A program made the translations under genes and the position numbers. The notes below the pieces were generated by a model, which was not told where the DNA came from, ran no database searches, and was given only the letters and a program-made list of their open reading frames with translations. From contig JACKLG010000001.1 in the NCBI GenBank assembly GCA_024236035.1, forward strand, positions 5,839-69,838: 64,000 nucleotides of DNA, written 5' to 3'. Source of the DNA: Candidatus Paracaedibacteraceae bacterium. GTDB lineage: Bacteria; Pseudomonadota; Alphaproteobacteria; UBA6184. Position 1 is the stretch's first letter; each line of letters begins with the position of its first letter. This document shows, piece by piece, positions 51,569 to 61,261 of this stretch.

Positions 51569-53119
51569 CTACGCATCGCCTCCACCAACTTTAGCTGCCG
51601 CTTCTTCTAAAGCTTCAAGCTCTTCTTGATTCGCTCTAAACTTTTCAGAAATACTCGCCATATCAGCATCAATCTGACCTATTTGCTCACGCAAAGCCTC
51701 AGAATTTTGACTTAATTCCGAAAGCGCGGCGTCCAGCCCTGCTTTCGCTTCACGTGCAGCAGTTAATTTAGGTTCTATGTCTTTTTTTGCAGCTTCACCT
51801 GCAGCAATAATATTTCTCCTATTTGGAGTCCCCGAACGTGTAGCAATTTTCCTTTCCGCCCCTGCTAATGCTGCTTCTAATTCACTAACAGCTTCCGCAA
51901 CACGTTCAGCTTCAGCGCGCACGGCGTCAATGCGTGCAGCAGTTTCTTCAAACTGTGCTCCTCTTTCAGTTTTTGCCTCTTCAAGCCTTCTATAATCTGA
52001 ATCTAACTCACCTTGATCATGGCGTAAATCTTCAATCTGTGTAAGCCTTGCTAAAGATGCTTCATCTAAAGTTGGCGCCCCAACGAATTCTTCAGCTTCG
52101 TCAGCACCGAACTCTTCGTCATCTCTTGATCTGTCACCATCGCTAAAACCAGAATAATCTAAATTAGCTTTTGAAGGTGAACCACCAACAGGAAATTCAT
52201 CATCAGAATCAGCATCAGCTGCAGCTGCAGCTTCTTCTTGTAACGCTGCTGTATTTGCGTTTAACGCTAATAATTTAGCTGATGTTGCTCCAGTTGTTTT
52301 CGAACGAGCTTCTAATTTCACATTCTCTGCTCTTAACGCTTCAATTTCACCTGTTAATTCCTCTGCACGTGCTCGTGTTTCATCCAATGCAGCTTCTCTC
52401 TCAGCAATGGCTCTCTCTGCTGCTGATTGTCCTTCTGCTGCTGCTTTACGTTCACTTGCCAACGTTGCTTCTAATGCAGCAATACCTTCAGCAGATGTAT
52501 GTTTAGCGTCTGCTAATTCACCTTCTAACGCTTCAATTCGTGCTGCTGCTGCTTGTGCTGCTGCCTCTGCGTCACGACGTGCAGCTTCTAATTGCGCAGT
52601 TAATTCACGTGCTTCTCCGGATACAGTCCCTAAAGCTTTTTCTTTTTCAGCTTGCGCTGCACGCACCTTTTGTATTTCAGCAACAATTTCAGCCAATTTT
52701 GCATCTACCGCATCTTTTTCTTCTGCCAATGCAGCTAATCTTTCTGCAGCAGCTTCTTCACGTGCTAAACCTTCTTTTGCTGCTTTATTTAATCGTCTTA
52801 AATTAGCTGTAGCAGCATTAACTTTATCACCCATAGCCGTTAAAATGCCAATAAGTTGATCATCTCCTGCACCTAACGCACTTAGGTCAAAACTTTTATC
52901 AAGTTTTCCTAAATAAGTCCCTAACAGCTGAACAATCACCTGTTTTTCACTATTAAGCTGTTCAACCGCAGTTGCAAATTCAGATGCACCTTCAGCTTCA
53001 ACAACTACGTCTGTTCCATGTTCTGCGCCTGCATCTCCAGCCTCAACAAAGTCTGCACCGAATGTTGCGCCCATCAATAACGTACTTGATAATAATACTG
53101 ATCTTAATAATCTCATCAT
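51569..53119 (-). CDS. Secreted acidic Ala/Glu-rich coiled-coil protein (long paralog)
   Basis: 516 aa. Signal peptide, TAGGAG RBS. First ~245 aa nearly identical to the 53238 gene. Confidence 0.8.
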   Translation of the reverse strand: MMRLLRSVLLSSTLLMGATFGADFVEAGDAGAEHGTDVVVEAEGASEFATAVEQLNSEKQVIVQLLGTYLGKLDKSFDLSALGAGDDQLIGILTAMGDKVNAATANLRRLNKAAKEGLAREEAAAERLAALAEEKDAVDAKLAEIVAEIQKVRAAQAEKEKALGTVSGEARELTAQLEAARRDAEAAAQAAAARIEALEGELADAKHTSAEGIAALEATLASERKAAAEGQSAAERAIAEREAALDETRARAEELTGEIEALRAENVKLEARSKTTGATSAKLLALNANTAALQEEAAAAADADSDDEFPVGGSPSKANLDYSGFSDGDRSRDDEEFGADEAEEFVGAPTLDEASLARLTQIEDLRHDQGELDSDYRRLEEAKTERGAQFEETAARIDAVRAEAERVAEAVSELEAALAGAERKIATRSGTPNRRNIIAAGEAAKKDIEPKLTAAREAKAGLDAALSELSQNSEALREQIGQIDADMASISEKFRANQEELEALEEAAAKVGGGDA

Positions 53120-53134
53120 TTTCTCCTAAAAAAT
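52385..53134. repeat. Tandem duplication copy 1 (RBS plus N-terminal coding region)
   Basis: Aligns to 53463..54212 at an offset of 1078, with two diverged patches. Confidence 0.93.
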
Positions 53135-53177
53135 TCTATATATTCATGTCAAATAATAAACATCACGCCTACATTGT

Positions 53178-53206
53178 ATATGGGGTTAAATGTTTATACT
53201 GTCAAG
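53178..53206 (-). promoter_or_regulatory. Sigma32 (RpoH)-type promoter
   Basis: Minus strand CTTGAC-N15-CCCCATAT. Confidence 0.65.
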
Positions 53207-53237
53207 TCGACCTTAATCTTACTTCTTCAAATTGATT

Positions 53238-54197
53238 TTAAAATTCACCATCACTATCAGAATCATCAGCAGTCACCGCCGTCTGTGCGGCTAATAACCG
53301 TTGTAATGCAGCTGTGGTTTTTGCTGATCTTGCTGTCGTTTCCCTAGCAATCCTTGCTTGATCAGCCCTTAATCTGTCAACATCGCTGCTTAATTGTGCT
53401 TTTGTTTCTGTTAACACTGCAGCTTCACCTGTTAATGCTTCAACGTGCTCTACTGCTGCTCGCAATGCATCTTCTCTCTCAGCAATGGCTCTCTCTGCTG
53501 CTGCTTGTCCTTCTGCTGCTGCTTTACGTTCACTTGCCAACGTTGCTTCTAATGCAGCAATACCTTCAGCAGATGTATGTTTAGCGTCTGCTACTTCAGC
53601 TTCCAACGCTTCAATTCGCGCTGCGGCTTCTTCTTGTGCTTTCACTGATGCTTCACGTGCAGCTTCTAATAGCGCAGTTAATTCACGTGCTTCTCCGGAT
53701 ACAGTCCCTAAAGCTTTTTCTTTTTCAGCGTGTGTAGTGCGCACTTTTTCTAATTCAGCAAGTGATCTTTCTATTTCAGCATCTACCGCATCTTTTTCTT
53801 CTGCCAATGCAGCTAATCTTTCTGCAGCAGCTTCTTCACGTGCTAAACCTTCTTTTGCTGCTTTATTTAATCGTCTTAAATTAGCTGTAGCAGCATTAAC
53901 TTTATCACCCATAGCCGTTAAAATGCCAATAAGTTGATCATCTCCTGCACCTAACGCACTTAGGTCAAAACTTTTATCAAGTTTTCCTAAATAAGCCCCT
54001 AACAGCTGAACAATCACCTGTTTTTCACTATTAAGCTGTTCAACCGCAGTTGCAAATTCAGATGCACCTTCAGCTTCAACAACTACGTCTGCTCCATGTT
54101 CTGCGCCTGCATCTCCAGCCTCAACAAGGTCTGCACCGAATGTTGCGCCCATCAATAACGTACTTGATAATAATACTGATCTTAATAATCTCATCAT
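53238..54197 (-). CDS. Secreted acidic Ala/Glu-rich coiled-coil protein (short paralog)
   Basis: 319 aa. Signal peptide. Ends DDSDSDGEF. Confidence 0.8.
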   Translation of the reverse strand: MMRLLRSVLLSSTLLMGATFGADLVEAGDAGAEHGADVVVEAEGASEFATAVEQLNSEKQVIVQLLGAYLGKLDKSFDLSALGAGDDQLIGILTAMGDKVNAATANLRRLNKAAKEGLAREEAAAERLAALAEEKDAVDAEIERSLAELEKVRTTHAEKEKALGTVSGEARELTALLEAAREASVKAQEEAAARIEALEAEVADAKHTSAEGIAALEATLASERKAAAEGQAAAERAIAEREDALRAAVEHVEALTGEAAVLTETKAQLSSDVDRLRADQARIARETTARSAKTTAALQRLLAAQTAVTADDSDSDGEF

Positions 54198-54212
54198 TTT
54201 CTCCTAAAAAAT
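53463..54212. repeat. Tandem duplication copy 2
   Basis: Aligns to 52385..53134. Confidence 0.93.
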
Positions 54213-54270
54213 AAAATCTCTCTTTTGTGTATAAGGGGGGGGAAGTAAGAAACATTATCCCCCACAACGT

Positions 54271-54299
54271 ATATGGGGGATAATATTCATAAGTTCAAG
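54271..54299 (-). promoter_or_regulatory. Sigma32 (RpoH)-type promoter
   Basis: Minus strand CTTGAA-N15-CCCCATAT. The -10 lies inside an 11-bp inverted repeat (54254..54284). Confidence 0.65.
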
Positions 54300-54330
54300 T
54301 CAACCTTAAATTTATTTTTTTAAGGTAACT

Positions 54331-57300
54331 TTAGTCGTCTTCTCCAACAGGAGAAGTAGGCTCAGCCCGAGCTTTCTCTAATAATGCTTGTAATCGAGCA
54401 GTCCTCGCTATCGATGCCTCTGTTGCTTCACGTGCATCTTTAGGGCTAAAAACCGGCCGACCTGTAGCTGCACGAGGAGGTGTCCCATCAAGAGGTGCTG
54501 CTGCCCTCAGTCTTGCAAGCAATGCTGCTGCAGCTTCAGTTGCGTCACCAGAATCATAAGAATCAAAAGATCCCGCACGACCACGACCAGGCTCATCACC
54601 AAAACCTACGCCAGTTGAAGTTGCTCCCATACGTCCAGCAGCAGCTCCAAATGTTGCCTCACCAGAAGCAGCAGCAGCTTTAGGCGCAACTTCGCGTACA
54701 ACCGCACCTTCATATTCAGCCAAAATTTGACCATTTACAACTGCAGCAACGCCAGCAGCAAGATCACGAATCTCGTCTTCTTTTTCTGCGCGAACGTCTC
54801 TAACAGCACCAGACAATCTCTGAAGGTTAGCTAAATCTGCAACCATAGTATCAAGTCGGCTCAATTCAGAACGAAGTCCAGCCGCACGGCTACGTAATGC
54901 TGCATAATCTTCATCTGCAACAAGTGCTGCTCTCAATTCTGCATGACGAGCTTCAACCGCAGCTTTTTCCTCAGTCAAAGCAGTTTCGCGTTCCGCGATT
55001 GCATCAAGGTCTCTGCGTGCAGCGTCTGCATCAGCAGTTGCTCTGCCTTCATGTGCTACATCTCCACGAAGTTTCGCCAACTCTTCAGTTTCAGCGTCAG
55101 TTAAGTCACGATCGTCAATCGCTTCTAATTCAGCGATTCTTGCCTTCGGCGCAGCTAAACCTTCAAGATATTCAGTTGCTGTAGCAAATCTTTGTTGGTG
55201 TCCAGTTTTTTGTTCAGCCAACGCACTCAACTCACCTGTTATCGCTTCGAATCTACGACCAGCGTCTGTTAAATCAGCAGCTCTATCTTCCAACTCACGT
55301 TCTACACCAGCAAGATCACGTGCTAGACCATCATGATCTTCATCACGATACTCTGCATCCAAAGCGCTATAAGCAGCTTCAAGATCACCCAAAGAACCTA
55401 CACGACTTTGGAATTCTGCAAAGTTTCTGCGTGCAGCAGCTTCTAATCTTGCATCACGATCAACGTCGCTTGAAGAAGATTTTCTATCAGCACGAGGTGC
55501 AAACACACCAGAAATCATCTCATCAGTGATGAAATCTGCATCAGTTGAATCGTTCAATTCACTCAATGCAGTTGAAAGGTTTACTAAAGCTGCCTTTAAC
55601 TTACCATTGTATCGTTCAAGGTTATGATGATATTCTTCAATACCATCAAAGCGATCAACGGGTTGTAATTGTTCATGAAGTTCATCAGCTCGTTCAGTCA
55701 ATCTCTCTATGTCTGCTCCGCGTGCCGTTTGCGCATCAGCATACTCAGATTCCAAACGACTACGTGCTTCAGACTCTAATGCACTACGTCCCTCTGCACC
55801 AGCTTCAAATGCAGCAGCAGCTTCACGATATTCTTTCTTAATTGCTTCGACACGTGCTTCCACAGCATTAATCTGCGCATAAACAGCATCATTCGCTTTA
55901 GCTGTTGCTAAACGGTCTAATTCAGTCGCAACTGCTTTAGCCACAGCTTTTTCAGCTTCATCCAAAGCAGAAATCAATCGATTCAAAGCTCTTTTTGCCA
56001 CAGATGTAACTCTCTCAGGAGAAGCAGAACGAGCATGAGTCCATCCTGATGCAGATAAACCTAAGTCCGCTTCAGGTGTTGGATCCAATGTTTCTAATCT
56101 TGCAGCATATGCACGTGCAACAGCTAACACACCAGAAATATATTCATGATTTAAATCTGTGTCAGATACTAACTTACGCAATTCGCGAACAATCGCAAAT
56201 TTTTCTTCATCGGCTGCAGAAACAGCAGCAACACTCGCTTTCGCAGGCGCAGTCGCAGCAGATGCATGCCCAGCAGAAGCTTCCGCTGCTGGCAATTCAA
56301 TGTCTAATAAATCTTTTACTTCATTAAATTTCGCAACAAATCCTTTAAATTTTGCAAATTCGCCGCGCATATCAGCAGCATCGTAAAGACGACCAGCTGC
56401 CAATTCTCTAGCAACAAGTCCAATCATTGCTTGACCTTGACGAAGTTTTGCATTAATAAACGCAGCAACTCGTCCAGATGTTTCGCCTGTACCTTCAACA
56501 AAGTCAAAACCTTGGAATTGTTCTGCTTGACCTTTTAATGCTGTTGCTTTTTCAATCGCAGCTTCAGCTTCAAACACAGCTTCAATCTCAGCAACTACTT
56601 CACGATATTGACCTGCAAGGGCTTCAGAAATAACGTCATCACCCGCCTCAGAAGCTTCTTCTGCTGCATCTGCTGCCATAGTCGCGTCATAATGATCAAG
56701 TTCACGAACTAAATATGTGTGCAACTGACGTAATGTAGTTAAACCGTCACGGTCAGCAACATCAGCAAGTGTCCAAGCCGGACGTCCCTCTTCTTCTGCT
56801 TCAGCATCAGCTTCAACAGCTTCAAACACTACGGTTGCAGCTTTTAATGCGTCAATACGATCTAATGCAGCATCTCTTGCTTCAGTTTGCGCTTCAATTT
56901 CAGCGTCTGCATCTACAATAACTTTTCCAAGAATTGCAGCTGTATCTAATGCAGCAACACGTGCAGCTAATGCTTCAGCTTTACCTTCAAAACCAGCAAG
57001 TCTTGCAACTTCAGCTTCAAAACCAGGAATTCTACCAGCTTCAGCTATTAATGCACGCATCTGTGATTCTAAAGTAGTGTTTTCTGTTCTTACAGCGTCC
57101 AATGCTAGTTGCGCAGCAGCAGCTTGGTCAGCAGCTTCTCTTGCTCTCTCTTGAGCCTTAGATTTAGCTTCTTCAGCTTTTTTAAGCTCATCTGCAGTTT
57201 CGGTAACTCTTTGTAAAGCAGCAGTTTTTTCAGCAGCAAGTTGGCGGCGGTTAGCTTGAGCTTCTCTTAACTGTTGCGCAATCGCTGCATCAGTAGGATT

Positions 57301-59010
57301 CGCAGCGGCAGCAGCAGTCAATCTATCAACTTCCGCATCTCCAGCAACTAAGTCTCTTTCTGCTTTGCGTGCTTTTTTGCCTGCTTCAAATTCAGCTTTT
57401 GCCGCAGTTACTGCTTCAGCAGTTGCAGCGATAGATGCTTTTAAAGCTTTTATGTTGCCAGCTAGTGTTTTCACTATTAATTGTAGAGATTCAAATTCAG
57501 CCTTTGTCTTATCAGCCGCTTTTTCAGCCGCTTCTAATTCTTTTGTTGCTTTTTCAGCCTCAGCTTTTTTCGCAGCTAATGATCTCTTTGCATTTGACAA
57601 AGCAACTTCAGCATCAGCAATTTGCGCAACAATCTCTTTTACTGCAGCTTCTTTTGCAGTAACAGTATCCGCTAATTCAGCTTCTCTTGCAGCATCACGT
57701 TCTTTTTTAAGTGATACTTCTCTCGCTGCTAACTCTGTTGCTGTCGCAGTTGCTCTTTCAAGTGCAGTTTCAGCTTCTGTAACCGCTACATCAGCATTTC
57801 CTTTTGCTGTTTTTGCAGTTGCCAATGCCTCTTTAGCATTTTTTGCTGCAGTTTCTGCCGCTGTTAATGCCGCTGCCTTCGCAGTTTCAAGCGCTGCTAA
57901 TTTTTGTTCTAAATCAGTTTTTGCTGTCTTTAATCGGTCTGTTACTCTGCTTAATTCAGTCACAGCAGCTTCAGCTGCAGTTGTTGCAGCAGCTTTTGCT
58001 TCTTTTGCAGTATTTAACGCTGCTTCAGCAGCAGCTTTCGCAGCTTTTGCAGCTTCAAATGCTTTATCTGCAGCTGTTTGTTTTTCTTTTGCAGCAGCAA
58101 TTTCAGCATCTTTTTCTGCAATCTTGGCTTGCAATAAGTTTAACGCTAATACTTCTGCAGATCCAGCAGGTTTACCTGCTGCCGCTGTTTGTGTTGCTGG
58201 CAACGCCTCAGTTAATTTTGCTTTTGCAGCGTCTAACGTTTCAATTGCAGTTTTTGCTGCTTTTGCAGCTGCTTCTTTTGCAGTTAATTCAGCTTCTGCA
58301 CGCGTCAAAGCTTCCCCTGCAGCAGTTTCTGCTGCTGTTGCAACTTCTAAAGCTTCTGCTTTTGCAGCTGCTACTAATTCTGCATTTTTCCATGCAGCAT
58401 TCAATCTCGTAACTTTATTTGCTGAAGATTCATGAGCGTCCACAGCAGCAGTCATTGCATCAATCAATCCGCTAACAGTTTCTGCTGCATCCGTATCTAC
58501 TTTTGCTGGTGCAGGTGCTGGAGTTGGATTAACGACCGCATCATCAACAGCTTTCTTTGCAGCTTCTTCTTTAATTAATGCCTCAACTTCTGTACGAGAC
58601 TCATCAACGATTCTTCTTAAAGTTGGGTTTGTTGCTAATGCTGCAGCGATTGCTTCAATTGATTTTTGTTGCTGTGCAGCTGTTTGCTTGCGTAATGCAG
58701 CAACCAACGCATCAGGAGTTTGTGCTTCTTCTGTTTTTGCACTTAATACACCAGCAACAGCTTTCAAACCTGCTTCATCCGTCAATGCGCGGGCCAACAA
58801 ATTGCTTACAGCAACCGTTCCATCTGCGCGCAAACCTTTAGTTTCAGAAAAGAATTCAGTGATTGCTTTCTTTGCAACAGCAACCGAGTTAGCTACCGCT
58901 GTGTTTTCTTTAAATGCCGCGTCAGTCATAACCGCTGCTGAACGCGCACTTAAGTTTGTTGTCGCAAATGCGGCAACTAAACTTGTACCAATTAATAAAT
59001 TACGTTTCAT
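54331..59010 (-). CDS. Giant secreted Ala-rich coiled-coil protein
   Basis: 1559 aa. Signal peptide, TAGGAG RBS, PTPAPAPAK linker, long A/E/K heptad runs, disordered C-terminal tail. Confidence 0.85.
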   Translation of the reverse strand: MKRNLLIGTSLVAAFATTNLSARSAAVMTDAAFKENTAVANSVAVAKKAITEFFSETKGLRADGTVAVSNLLARALTDEAGLKAVAGVLSAKTEEAQTPDALVAALRKQTAAQQQKSIEAIAAALATNPTLRRIVDESRTEVEALIKEEAAKKAVDDAVVNPTPAPAPAKVDTDAAETVSGLIDAMTAAVDAHESSANKVTRLNAAWKNAELVAAAKAEALEVATAAETAAGEALTRAEAELTAKEAAAKAAKTAIETLDAAKAKLTEALPATQTAAAGKPAGSAEVLALNLLQAKIAEKDAEIAAAKEKQTAADKAFEAAKAAKAAAEAALNTAKEAKAAATTAAEAAVTELSRVTDRLKTAKTDLEQKLAALETAKAAALTAAETAAKNAKEALATAKTAKGNADVAVTEAETALERATATATELAAREVSLKKERDAAREAELADTVTAKEAAVKEIVAQIADAEVALSNAKRSLAAKKAEAEKATKELEAAEKAADKTKAEFESLQLIVKTLAGNIKALKASIAATAEAVTAAKAEFEAGKKARKAERDLVAGDAEVDRLTAAAAANPTDAAIAQQLREAQANRRQLAAEKTAALQRVTETADELKKAEEAKSKAQERAREAADQAAAAQLALDAVRTENTTLESQMRALIAEAGRIPGFEAEVARLAGFEGKAEALAARVAALDTAAILGKVIVDADAEIEAQTEARDAALDRIDALKAATVVFEAVEADAEAEEEGRPAWTLADVADRDGLTTLRQLHTYLVRELDHYDATMAADAAEEASEAGDDVISEALAGQYREVVAEIEAVFEAEAAIEKATALKGQAEQFQGFDFVEGTGETSGRVAAFINAKLRQGQAMIGLVARELAAGRLYDAADMRGEFAKFKGFVAKFNEVKDLLDIELPAAEASAGHASAATAPAKASVAAVSAADEEKFAIVRELRKLVSDTDLNHEYISGVLAVARAYAARLETLDPTPEADLGLSASGWTHARSASPERVTSVAKRALNRLISALDEAEKAVAKAVATELDRLATAKANDAVYAQINAVEARVEAIKKEYREAAAAFEAGAEGRSALESEARSRLESEYADAQTARGADIERLTERADELHEQLQPVDRFDGIEEYHHNLERYNGKLKAALVNLSTALSELNDSTDADFITDEMISGVFAPRADRKSSSSDVDRDARLEAAARRNFAEFQSRVGSLGDLEAAYSALDAEYRDEDHDGLARDLAGVERELEDRAADLTDAGRRFEAITGELSALAEQKTGHQQRFATATEYLEGLAAPKARIAELEAIDDRDLTDAETEELAKLRGDVAHEGRATADADAARRDLDAIAERETALTEEKAAVEARHAELRAALVADEDYAALRSRAAGLRSELSRLDTMVADLANLQRLSGAVRDVRAEKEDEIRDLAAGVAAVVNGQILAEYEGAVVREVAPKAAAASGEATFGAAAGRMGATSTGVGFGDEPGRGRAGSFDSYDSGDATEAAAALLARLRAAAPLDGTPPRAATGRPVFSPKDAREATEASIARTARLQALLEKARAEPTSPVGEDD

Positions 59011-59030
59011 ATGTGTTATCTCCTAAAAAA

Positions 59031-59669
59031 TTAGATCTCTGCGCCAATCGCGAAGTCCATACCCCAGAATTTTGCTGTATCCGCCTCTGTGCGCCCTACT
59101 GCCGCATCTTTTGCGTTAATTTCAGCAGAAGTAAGATCATAACGACCATTTACAGAAAGATAAACACTTCCAATTCCTACACGAACACCACCAACAAATG
59201 GTATCTTCCAATTAGCAGAAAAATTTGTGCCGTCTTTCTTTGCGATACTCATTTCCGCACCAACACCCAAAAATGGAGTGATAGATACAGTTTGATTTAC
59301 TGGAAATTCCCAACCAAGTGTTACGCGCGGTTCAATTACGATTGCAAATGGATCAACACGATTTGTTCCGTTTTCTAATTTTTTACCGTCTGCAAACTTG
59401 TGTTCAAATGCATATACACCACGAACCCAACCTGCTACTTGCAAGTTTTGCCACACTTTATATCCAAAACCAGCTTCAATACCGAAGCTTCCAAACGTTT
59501 CATCTTTTAAATAATCAGATGCAGCAGCTACACCACCTTGAGACGCTAAACGTTCAAAGCCGCCTGTACCGCCAACATAAATGCTTGATTTTTGATTTGC
59601 CTTAGCAGCAACTGGGGACAAAAACACCGCAGCAGTTGCCAATAGTAATAACTTATTTTTCATGGTCAT
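59031..59669 (-). CDS. Small outer-membrane beta-barrel protein
   Basis: Signal peptide ending AKA. Strands IYVGGTGG, GIEAGFGY, ITPFLGVG, YLSVNGRY. Its stop lies 20 nt upstream of the giant gene's start. Confidence 0.8.
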   Translation of the reverse strand: MTMKNKLLLLATAAVFLSPVAAKANQKSSIYVGGTGGFERLASQGGVAAASDYLKDETFGSFGIEAGFGYKVWQNLQVAGWVRGVYAFEHKFADGKKLENGTNRVDPFAIVIEPRVTLGWEFPVNQTVSITPFLGVGAEMSIAKKDGTNFSANWKIPFVGGVRVGIGSVYLSVNGRYDLTSAEINAKDAAVGRTEADTAKFWGMDFAIGAEI

Positions 59670-59840
59670 ACTTTCTTTTTGATATTCCCAAGGTTATACA
59701 TAAGGACAATTAACAGCGATGTCAATAAAATTACTTAATAAACAGTTAATTTTTAAAAGTTTTAAAAAAAAGAGTAACTTTATCAGTTTTAAACAATACA
59801 GCTGTTGCAAAAAAGTTACTATTTTTATATTTTTTTTATA

Positions 59841-61172
59841 CTATTTTCTAGTAAATACGCCATTTACAACACCGTCTTGTAATCGAACAGTGATGTGTGT
59901 CTCATTATTTAAATCTTTTACAGAACTAATTAAATGATGATTTTCATCTTGCAGGATTGCAAACCCCTTCTTCAGGATGTTGACAAAATTTGACGCATTT
60001 AAATGTGATGACAAAGCAGCCAGCCTACTATTCTTTTGGGACATCACCTCGCCCACACCCTGGTCTAATTTCAACCCTGCGTGGGACAGTTCCCATTTTT
60101 TATTTTTAATCAAATTGGATGGTGAAACGCACCGTTCTGCCAACTGCAATAAATGAATTCGTTTTGCAACGTGAAAACGTTCTAAAAAATGGTCCAGCCG
60201 TATCTGATCAACCTGGCGCAATTTTGGCATCAAAAAAATATCCGCAGATTTTAATGCAGATTGGGCATGTTGCATTGTAACCCCTATGTGTTGCATTGTA
60301 GACCCCATTTTTGCATTCAATCGGCTCTCCAAACGCTCCAAATAATTTCGGATATCTTCCTTGCGGGGAGCCACTATTTCCGCGGCATTTGTCGGGGTCG
60401 AAGCCCGTCGATCACTGGCATAATCAATTAAGGGCGTATCCGGCTCATGTCCAATCGCCGTAATGATCGGAATCTCCGAAAGCCTTATAAACCGGGCCAA
60501 TTCCTCATCGTTAAAGTGCCACAGGTCTTCAAAACTACCCCCTCCCCGGGCAATAATTAAAACATCTGGCCGCTCAGAAAATTCATGAAACCCTTTAATT
60601 GCCTGGATAATATCACGTGGCGTATTCTCTCCCTGGACAGTCACCGGCCACAAATACACCTTATTTTCAACATACCTTTCCTCTAAACGCGCCTGAATAT
60701 CATGCAACACTGCCCCTTCAGAAGAGGTAATTAAACCAATGGTTTTAGGCAATCTTGGGATTGCTCGTTTAAGTTTTTCATCAAAAACTCCTTCGGCTTG
60801 CAACCGATGCCGCCTTTGTTCCAATAAAGTAAATAAAGCCCCACGCCCAGCAGGCTCAAAGCTGTCCATAATAAATTGATACTTTGAACGCCCCATATAA
60901 GTCGTAACAGAGCCTCTCCCAATAATTTCTAAACCATCCGTCAATGGTATATTGAAGGTTTGAGCAATGCCTTTCCAAGAAATACAATCAATGACTGCAT
61001 CCGAATCCTTCAAAGAAAAATATACATGGCCAGATTTATGGTAAGTAATGCTAGATACTTCACCTCTCAAACGAATAAATTGAAATCCAACCTCCAGACG
61101 TTTCTTAATTTGTTGGGCCAGCTCTTTTACCGTTAAGCAGTTATCTATAGGTTTTTCAAGGGGTAAAGTCAT
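59841..61172 (-). CDS. xseA: Exodeoxyribonuclease VII large subunit
   Basis: GEVS, SGHVYFSLKD, ARGGGSFEDLW, AIGHEPD, STPTNAAE. Confidence 0.97.
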   Translation of the reverse strand: MTLPLEKPIDNCLTVKELAQQIKKRLEVGFQFIRLRGEVSSITYHKSGHVYFSLKDSDAVIDCISWKGIAQTFNIPLTDGLEIIGRGSVTTYMGRSKYQFIMDSFEPAGRGALFTLLEQRRHRLQAEGVFDEKLKRAIPRLPKTIGLITSSEGAVLHDIQARLEERYVENKVYLWPVTVQGENTPRDIIQAIKGFHEFSERPDVLIIARGGGSFEDLWHFNDEELARFIRLSEIPIITAIGHEPDTPLIDYASDRRASTPTNAAEIVAPRKEDIRNYLERLESRLNAKMGSTMQHIGVTMQHAQSALKSADIFLMPKLRQVDQIRLDHFLERFHVAKRIHLLQLAERCVSPSNLIKNKKWELSHAGLKLDQGVGEVMSQKNSRLAALSSHLNASNFVNILKKGFAILQDENHHLISSVKDLNNETHITVRLQDGVVNGVFTRK

Positions 61173-61261
61173 TTATCTATGATTTTGGATTGCGTTTTTC
61201 TTACAAACTTCTATAATACATTTCAAATGTCAACTGTTTTATTTTTAGATAGGTGTCCTAA

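Noticed and set aside
52282-58841. Long plus-strand ORFs such as 57365..58435 and 57843..58412
   Set aside because: They are antisense shadows caused by the GCT/GCA-rich codons of the Ala-rich genes.
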